Both the position numbers and the translations under genes were made by a program. The notes beneath the pieces are model-generated. The model was not told the DNA's origin and did not search any database. It was given only the letters and a program-made list of their open reading frames with translations. Source: an uncultured virus (IMG/VR IMGVR_UViG_3300017706_002363) (lineage: Duplodnaviria > Heunggongvirae > Uroviricota > Caudoviricetes). Taken from it: a stretch of DNA of 20,000 bases. Position 1 is the stretch's first letter, and every line of letters starts with the position of its first letter. This document shows positions 15,018 to 20,000 of this stretch, piece by piece. The stretch lies in the IMG/VR virus record IMGVR_UViG_3300017706_002363. One strand, given 5' to 3'.

Positions 15018-16952
15018 ATGAACACATTCAACAACTCTTCTTTCTGGCTCGACAACGACCTCGACTATGACGTATTAACAGGCGAAAAAATCAAAGCTGG
15101 TAAAGACTATGTAAAAATGGCGGCAACAAAAAGAGCCATTGCAAACTTTGTAAGCATTGTTACTGGTAAATCTATTCCTGTTACATACAGCACCAAAGAT
15201 GAAAGCTTTACCGATGGTCAACAAGTTGTACTATCTGGTAACATTAAAGAAAAAGACTTCGACCCTACTGTTGGTTTGGCACTTCACGAAGGTTCACATT
15301 GTATTCTTACAGACTTCGATGTTCTTAAAATTCTAATGGATTCTACGGTTTCAATTCCACAAGATATTATGAACATGGTAAAAAATAAATATTTTTCAGG
15401 TGCAGACGAAGACGAACTATGGTCAACTCACAATTACATTCGTAATCAAGTAAAATCATTACTAAACTATGTAGAAGACAGACGTATTGATAATTTTATT
15501 TATCAATCTGCACCAGGTTATCAAGGTTATTACCAAGCAATGTACAACAAATACTTTAATTCAAAAATTGTTGACAAAGGTCTACAATCATCAGAAATGC
15601 GTGATTTGGATTGGCAATCTTATATGTTTAGGATTATAAACATAACAAATCAAAACCGTGACCTAAATGCTTTACCTGGCCTTAAAGATATATGGAAGTT
15701 ATTGGACTTAGGAAATATATCAAGAATACCAGATACATTACAATCATTAAACCTTGCATTTGAAATATTCAAGATTGTTGAATCTCATCTACCAACACCT
15801 TCTCAACAAGAAAAACAAAAAGAAAAAGAAGGTGATAGCGAAGATGACAAAAAAGGTGGTAATAAAAAACAAGGAAGCAATCCATTAAATCAAAGCCAAC
15901 AAAATCAGTTACATAAACAGATTGGAAAACAAATGGAATTTAATGATGACAACGTTAAAAAATCTACAGTTTCAAAATCAGATAAGAAAAAGGTTCAAGC
16001 AGTACAGGAATCTGGTTCAGAAATAAAAACTGTTGGTGCTGGTATGGCAAAAAACTATTACACACAAACAGGCCAAGGTACAAAATGTTTGGTTGTAAAA
16101 ACAGTTACTAAAAATCTTATTGAATCAAGGTTATATAATACACTATCAGCTAGACATTGGTTCCTAGAAGAAAACCAAGAAGCAATCAACAAAGGTATCG
16201 CACTAGGTACTGTACTTGGTAAAAAGCTACAGGTAAGAGATAATTCTAAATCATTAACATTCAACAGATTACGCAAAGGAAAGGTTGACAGCAGAATGAT
16301 ATCGGCACTAGGATTTGGTAGTGAAAACGTATTTAAACAAATTCACATTGACCAATTTAATCCTGCTACTGTTCACATCTCAATAGATGCTTCAGGTTCT
16401 ATGTCTGGTGACAAATGGTTAAAGACTCAAACATCAGCAGTAGCTATAGCTAAGGCAGCTTCAATGATTCAAAACCTTGATGTTATAATATCATACAGAA
16501 CTACAGAAGACCAAGGAAATTCACAGATACCTGCAATCTTTATTGCTTATGATTCTCGTAAAGATAAAATCAAGAAAATACAAACATTGTTTAAACACAT
16601 CTGCTGTCCTGGTACAACACCAGAAGGATTGTGCTTTGAAGCTATTCAAAAGGAAATCATAGATGGCGGCAATGGAAATGACAGTTACTTTATTAACTTC
16701 AGCGACGGCGAACCATACTTTGAAAATAAAGATATCACATACTACGGACAGCCTGCATCAAAACATACAAAAAAGCAGGTTGATAATATGAAAGCTAGAG
16801 GTATCAAGGTGCTAAGCTTCTTTATTACTGGAGCTTACTCAAGCGATATGGAAAACTTCAAAACGATGTACGGTAACGATGCAGCATCAATTAATGTTAC
16901 CAAGCTTACAGAATTAACAAGAACACTTAACAAAAGATTTATAACTAAATAA
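15018..16952 (+). CDS. HExxH metallopeptidase-like plus VWA domain protein (CobT-like; usual partner of a MoxR AAA+ ATPase)
   Basis: ALHEGSH and LLNYVEDRRID in the N-terminal part, a charged Q/K/E linker, then MIDAS residues IDASGSM, GTTPEG and NFSDGEP. Confidence 0.85.
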   Translation: MNTFNNSSFWLDNDLDYDVLTGEKIKAGKDYVKMAATKRAIANFVSIVTGKSIPVTYSTKDESFTDGQQVVLSGNIKEKDFDPTVGLALHEGSHCILTDFDVLKILMDSTVSIPQDIMNMVKNKYFSGADEDELWSTHNYIRNQVKSLLNYVEDRRIDNFIYQSAPGYQGYYQAMYNKYFNSKIVDKGLQSSEMRDLDWQSYMFRIINITNQNRDLNALPGLKDIWKLLDLGNISRIPDTLQSLNLAFEIFKIVESHLPTPSQQEKQKEKEGDSEDDKKGGNKKQGSNPLNQSQQNQLHKQIGKQMEFNDDNVKKSTVSKSDKKKVQAVQESGSEIKTVGAGMAKNYYTQTGQGTKCLVVKTVTKNLIESRLYNTLSARHWFLEENQEAINKGIALGTVLGKKLQVRDNSKSLTFNRLRKGKVDSRMISALGFGSENVFKQIHIDQFNPATVHISIDASGSMSGDKWLKTQTSAVAIAKAASMIQNLDVIISYRTTEDQGNSQIPAIFIAYDSRKDKIKKIQTLFKHICCPGTTPEGLCFEAIQKEIIDGGNGNDSYFINFSDGEPYFENKDITYYGQPASKHTKKQVDNMKARGIKVLSFFITGAYSSDMENFKTMYGNDAASINVTKLTELTRTLNKRFITK

Positions 16953-16960
16953 TTTTAAAA

Positions 16961-17182
16961 ATGGCAAAAGAAGCAGAACTAACAGTTACAAATGGAATGG
17001 GGCACGAAAATGGATTCGTATACGATATACATCTTAAGGATGCAGATGGTTATGAAAACACATACAGTGTAACTCATATACACGGCAAATGGTATATCAC
17101 AGAAGAGGTTGATATAGAAAGCCGTTTTGGTAAAAAATTAATCGAGCATGTAAATGTTCACAGACAAATGATGTTAAACTAA
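16961..17182 (+). CDS. 73-aa hypothetical protein
   Basis: Operon-like spacing with TAATG coupling downstream. Confidence 0.7.
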   Translation: MAKEAELTVTNGMGHENGFVYDIHLKDADGYENTYSVTHIHGKWYITEEVDIESRFGKKLIEHVNVHRQMMLN

Positions 17183-17589
17183 TGAAAGCAATTATTTATA
17201 TACCAATTAAGGATGCCGTAAAAGGTACGGTCCAAGCAGCATCTGAATGGTACACAACAACGGACCAATTATCAAACAACGAAAAAAAGTCACTAGTACA
17301 AGTACTTGTTGATTCAGACCAATTACAGAATATGATTGATGGCAGAGGCTGGATGTATAAAGATACAGAGCGAAACGGTGAAAGAATATTTGAAAGAAAT
17401 CCTGATACAGGCACAATAAGAAGTAGAGAGCCAGGTGATTATGGAAACGAGGAAATTCTTTCAATGCCACAAATAGCTGATATGTCTATGAGGCCTTCTA
17501 AAAAAGATGAACAGTGGTTTGTTGACCAATATAATCGAAATAGAATGCCTGATGACCAAGTGAATAGTATTGACCAAATTATAAAATAA
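17182..17589 (+). CDS. 135-aa hypothetical protein
   Basis: Coupled ORF containing an IFERNPDTGTIRSR hairpin-like motif. Confidence 0.7.
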   Translation: MKAIIYIPIKDAVKGTVQAASEWYTTTDQLSNNEKKSLVQVLVDSDQLQNMIDGRGWMYKDTERNGERIFERNPDTGTIRSREPGDYGNEEILSMPQIADMSMRPSKKDEQWFVDQYNRNRMPDDQVNSIDQIIK

Positions 17590-17590
17590 T

Positions 17591-17983
17591 ATGAATATAG
17601 AAAAAAGACAAGCAGAGTTTGCAAAAATGAAAAAGGTTGTAAACAGAAAGTTTAAAGGTGCAAAAATCGTAATGTCAGGTAATATGTTTACCATACAAGC
17701 AAATGGCAAAAACGTAGTTAATCCTGAATGGCCGGATTTACAATTTGCAGATAGTGTATATAACGCTTATAAAAACGCGTTTATGTCAGAATTTTGGACA
17801 AGACAATATAATAAGAAACCTAAAAAGGTTCAAGCATCTATTGTTAATATGGTTGGAGATGATAGTAGCATGCCTGATAACAAACCGACTATCGACAAAC
17901 CTTCTAAGTCAAAGGTAAAAAAAGATGAAGAGGTTTTTGATGAGGTTGATTATTCATTTGATAGAATGGAAGACTGGGGATAA
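17591..17983 (+). CDS. 130-aa hypothetical protein with acidic tail
   Basis: Coupled ORF with a basic N-terminus and acidic C-terminus. Confidence 0.7.
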   Translation: MNIEKRQAEFAKMKKVVNRKFKGAKIVMSGNMFTIQANGKNVVNPEWPDLQFADSVYNAYKNAFMSEFWTRQYNKKPKKVQASIVNMVGDDSSMPDNKPTIDKPSKSKVKKDEEVFDEVDYSFDRMEDWG

Positions 17984-18771
17984 TGAAACCACTAAGACCT
18001 AAAGTAAAAAGAACTCGCAAGGGATACATTATATTGGAATCCGATGTGAGGAGTGCAATGGCTGTAACAAAATCAAATCTTGCAGCAGCACGGTATTTAG
18101 GTATATCATATAACACGTATAAAAAATGGGCAGAGTCATACATTGATAGCGATTCAGGCAAATCTTTATTTGTATTGCATTCAGCATGGGATTATGAAAA
18201 CAATAAGCTTAAGACATATATACCAAGAGGTAAGTCACGTAAAGTAAACAAAGGTAGATATAGCCAAAAGCTAGAAGATGTATTGGATGGTAAATTTGAA
18301 AAATATCCACTTACAAATCTTAAGGAGCGACTATTTCATGCCGGACTTAAACCTGATTGTTGTGAATCATGCGGCTTTAACCATCATAGAGTAATAGACG
18401 GCAAGAAGCCGTTATTGCTATCACAGAAGGATGGCAATAGAGAAAACTATGATTTAGACAATTTGGAAATACTGTGTTATAACTGCTATTATTTAATATC
18501 AGGAAACGTATTTGGTCGAGATAAAAGGCTGCCAAAAGACTGGCTTAAAAAGCTTGGCAAAGGATATGAAGGTATAGAAGTTGATGATGACGGATATCCA
18601 ACAAATTTAAAGCAGTTCGATAATGTTGAAATAACACCTGATAAAGTAGATAACGATATTGTATTACCACAAGGTAGTCCATTATCATATCAAGACATAT
18701 TTGCTGAAATCAAGAAAAGAGAAGTAGAAGAAGATAAACAAAAGCATTACTTAAAGAATAAGGATGAGTAA
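17983..18771 (+). CDS. HTH plus Zn-finger/degenerate HNH protein
   Basis: HTH SNLAAARYLGISYNTYKKWA, and CESCG...PLLLSQKDGNRENYDLDNLEILCYNCY. The HNH histidines are replaced. Confidence 0.75.
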   Translation: MKPLRPKVKRTRKGYIILESDVRSAMAVTKSNLAAARYLGISYNTYKKWAESYIDSDSGKSLFVLHSAWDYENNKLKTYIPRGKSRKVNKGRYSQKLEDVLDGKFEKYPLTNLKERLFHAGLKPDCCESCGFNHHRVIDGKKPLLLSQKDGNRENYDLDNLEILCYNCYYLISGNVFGRDKRLPKDWLKKLGKGYEGIEVDDDGYPTNLKQFDNVEITPDKVDNDIVLPQGSPLSYQDIFAEIKKREVEEDKQKHYLKNKDE

Positions 18772-18910
18772 GCTAACTGATAAACAGAAAAGAGGTGTAC
18801 GTAGACAGGTAGATATTGACTTAGGTATTAAGCCGCCTTCTACTAATGTACATAAAAATAACAAGAAGTATAATCGTAAAAATAAACATAAAAAGAAAGA
18901 AAATGAATAA
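18764..18910 (+). CDS. 48-aa basic microprotein with ArfA-like tail (not in ORF track)
   Basis: MSKLTDKQKRGVRRQVDIDLGIKPPSTNVHKNNKKYNRKNKHKKKENE; overlaps both neighbours by 8 nt. Confidence 0.6.
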   Translation: MSKLTDKQKRGVRRQVDIDLGIKPPSTNVHKNNKKYNRKNKHKKKENE

Positions 18911-19052
18911 AAAGAAAGAAGAACCTAAATGGGAATACCAAGGAAGAACACAAGAACAATATACAGCTAGTTCAGCAATAGTATTTTATGCTATGATAGG
19001 CTTGTTTATAACTATGTTGACATTAACATTATATACACACTTTGCATTATGA
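18903..19052 (+). CDS. 49-aa single-TM protein
   Basis: Start revised from 18846 to 18903 (MNKKKEEPKWEYQGR...). C-terminal TM helix. Confidence 0.6.
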   Translation: MNKKKEEPKWEYQGRTQEQYTASSAIVFYAMIGLFITMLTLTLYTHFAL

Positions 19053-19192
19053 GAAAATGGATAAACAAAAATAGAAGAGGTATAGAACTGTTAATCATAA
19101 TAGGACTATTGATAAGTGGAGAATGGCAAATAGCTTTAATCTTTGGTATACTATGGGGATTAGACGAAGAGGAGTACAATGGATTTAATTAA
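19049..19192 (+). CDS. 47-aa hydrophobic protein (not in ORF track)
   Basis: MRKWINKNRRGIELLIIIGLLISGEWQIALIFGILWGLDEEEYNGFN, ATGA-coupled. Confidence 0.55.
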   Translation: MRKWINKNRRGIELLIIIGLLISGEWQIALIFGILWGLDEEEYNGFN

Positions 19193-19610
19193 TACACACC
19201 CAGTAAAAAAGTCAGACCTCGGGTTCCACGGCAATCTTTTCGGGGGCAAATTGCTGGCTTGGCTCGATGCTTCGGCGGCGGGGTACGCTATGCAAATATG
19301 TGATACACCGAGAATGGTTACCGTATCGATAGATAAGTGTGAATTCAAGAGACCGGCCAGAGAAGGCCAACTTGTAAAAATATACGGAGAAGTAAATCGA
19401 TTCGGCACGACATCGGTAGAGCTACATCTACAAGCGAGATCGCATAATGTTTATAATGGTAGACAACATATAGTACTTGATACAAATATATGTTTTGTGC
19501 GTATAGATGAAATGGGAGAAGCTATTCCGATTAGCGATAGAGTTAAAGACAAGTATATGCCTAAAAATAAAAAGCAAAAGACATTTAAGGAGATACGTAA
19601 AAATGGTTAA
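19179..19610 (+). CDS. Acyl-CoA thioesterase, hotdog fold (YciA-like)
   Basis: DLGFHGNLFGGKLLAWLD, VTVSIDKCEFKRP, GTTSV and FVRIDEMGEAIPI motifs. GAGGAG RBS. Confidence 0.9.
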   Translation: MDLINTHPVKKSDLGFHGNLFGGKLLAWLDASAAGYAMQICDTPRMVTVSIDKCEFKRPAREGQLVKIYGEVNRFGTTSVELHLQARSHNVYNGRQHIVLDTNICFVRIDEMGEAIPISDRVKDKYMPKNKKQKTFKEIRKNG

Positions 19611-19785
19611 GAAATATCCGTACATAATAATTACAGTAATACTAGCTATATTAAAGATAACAGGCTTAATAGATATAGAATGGATATGGGTCTTGTTACC
19701 TATATGGTGGTGGTGGCCTATAGTAATCTTTATAGGGGTACTAGTTATAGTATACATGATAATAGAGGAGATAATAACACGATGA
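19603..19785 (+). CDS. 60-aa phage membrane protein (LKITGLIDIEWIWVLLPIW type)
   Basis: Start revised from 19507 to 19603, after TAAGGAG. Recurrent small phage TM family pattern. Confidence 0.65.
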   Translation: MVKKYPYIIITVILAILKITGLIDIEWIWVLLPIWWWWPIVIFIGVLVIVYMIIEEIITR

Positions 19786-19889
19786 TACTCTACGCACTAA
19801 CTTGGCTATGGATTATAGGACTTGTATACACGGTACACTCTATACTATACGATAGCGAACAAATAGATGACAATGATGAACGTTTCTAA
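19782..19889 (+). CDS. 35-aa single-TM microprotein
   Basis: Start revised from 19680 to 19782 (GAGGAG upstream, ATGA overlap). MILYALTWLWIIGLVYTVHSIL followed by an acidic tail. Confidence 0.5.
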   Translation: MILYALTWLWIIGLVYTVHSILYDSEQIDDNDERF

Positions 19890-20000
19890 TCGGTTGTATC
19901 AAGACTTCTCGTATACAAATTTTCTACGGGATAACTATGGATATATACCTATATATTGGCTATAAGATATGTTAGAATTCACTTTAGACCTTGCACACAC

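Noticed and set aside
17983..18771. Active HNH homing endonuclease or intron
   Set aside because: The catalytic histidines are missing and no interrupted gene or intron structure is seen.
1827..19757. All minus-strand ORFs in the track (e.g. 8312-8812, 2918-3250, 19428-19757)
   Set aside because: They are antisense shadows of well-supported + strand genes and carry no recognisable motifs.
1..20000. Stop-codon reassignment as seen in some large phages
   Set aside because: Coding density is high under the standard code, and TAA, TGA and TAG all end genes at sensible positions.
1..20000. tRNA or rRNA genes
   Set aside because: No cloverleaf or T-loop signatures were seen in the short AT-rich intergenic gaps.

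Overview
AT-rich, gene-dense window with all credible genes on the + strand and frequent stop/start overlaps (ATGA, TAATG). It reads as part of a large dsDNA phage genome, probably infecting Bacteroidota. That is inferred from a T9SS C-terminal sorting domain, an SprB repeat and Bacteroidota-type -33/-7 promoter spacing; no capsid, terminase or polymerase gene is present. There are four blocks. (1) 2-5192, an envelope/lysis module: a Cys/Asp-repeat T9SS cargo protein, a lipoprotein-signal beta-barrel-like protein, two TM plus coiled-coil proteins, a CxxC-less thioredoxin-like protein, a holin-like protein and an M15A endolysin. (2) 5192-10469, unrelated proteins (PAP2 phosphatase, HExxH peptidase, HAD phosphatase, modular hypotheticals, plus an SNase nuclease), seven of which share an N-terminal M(x)KLxDILxE tag resembling a protease-cleaved capsid-targeting sequence. 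(3) 10534-14193, a Cys-rich small protein and two adjacent proteins sharing a degenerate Hint-like domain. (4) 14194-20000, an accessory region with repeated promoters, a HExxH+VWA protein, a degenerate HNH protein, an ArfA-like basic microprotein, an acyl-CoA thioesterase and small membrane proteins. Family assignments come from motif recognition by eye, not from database searches.
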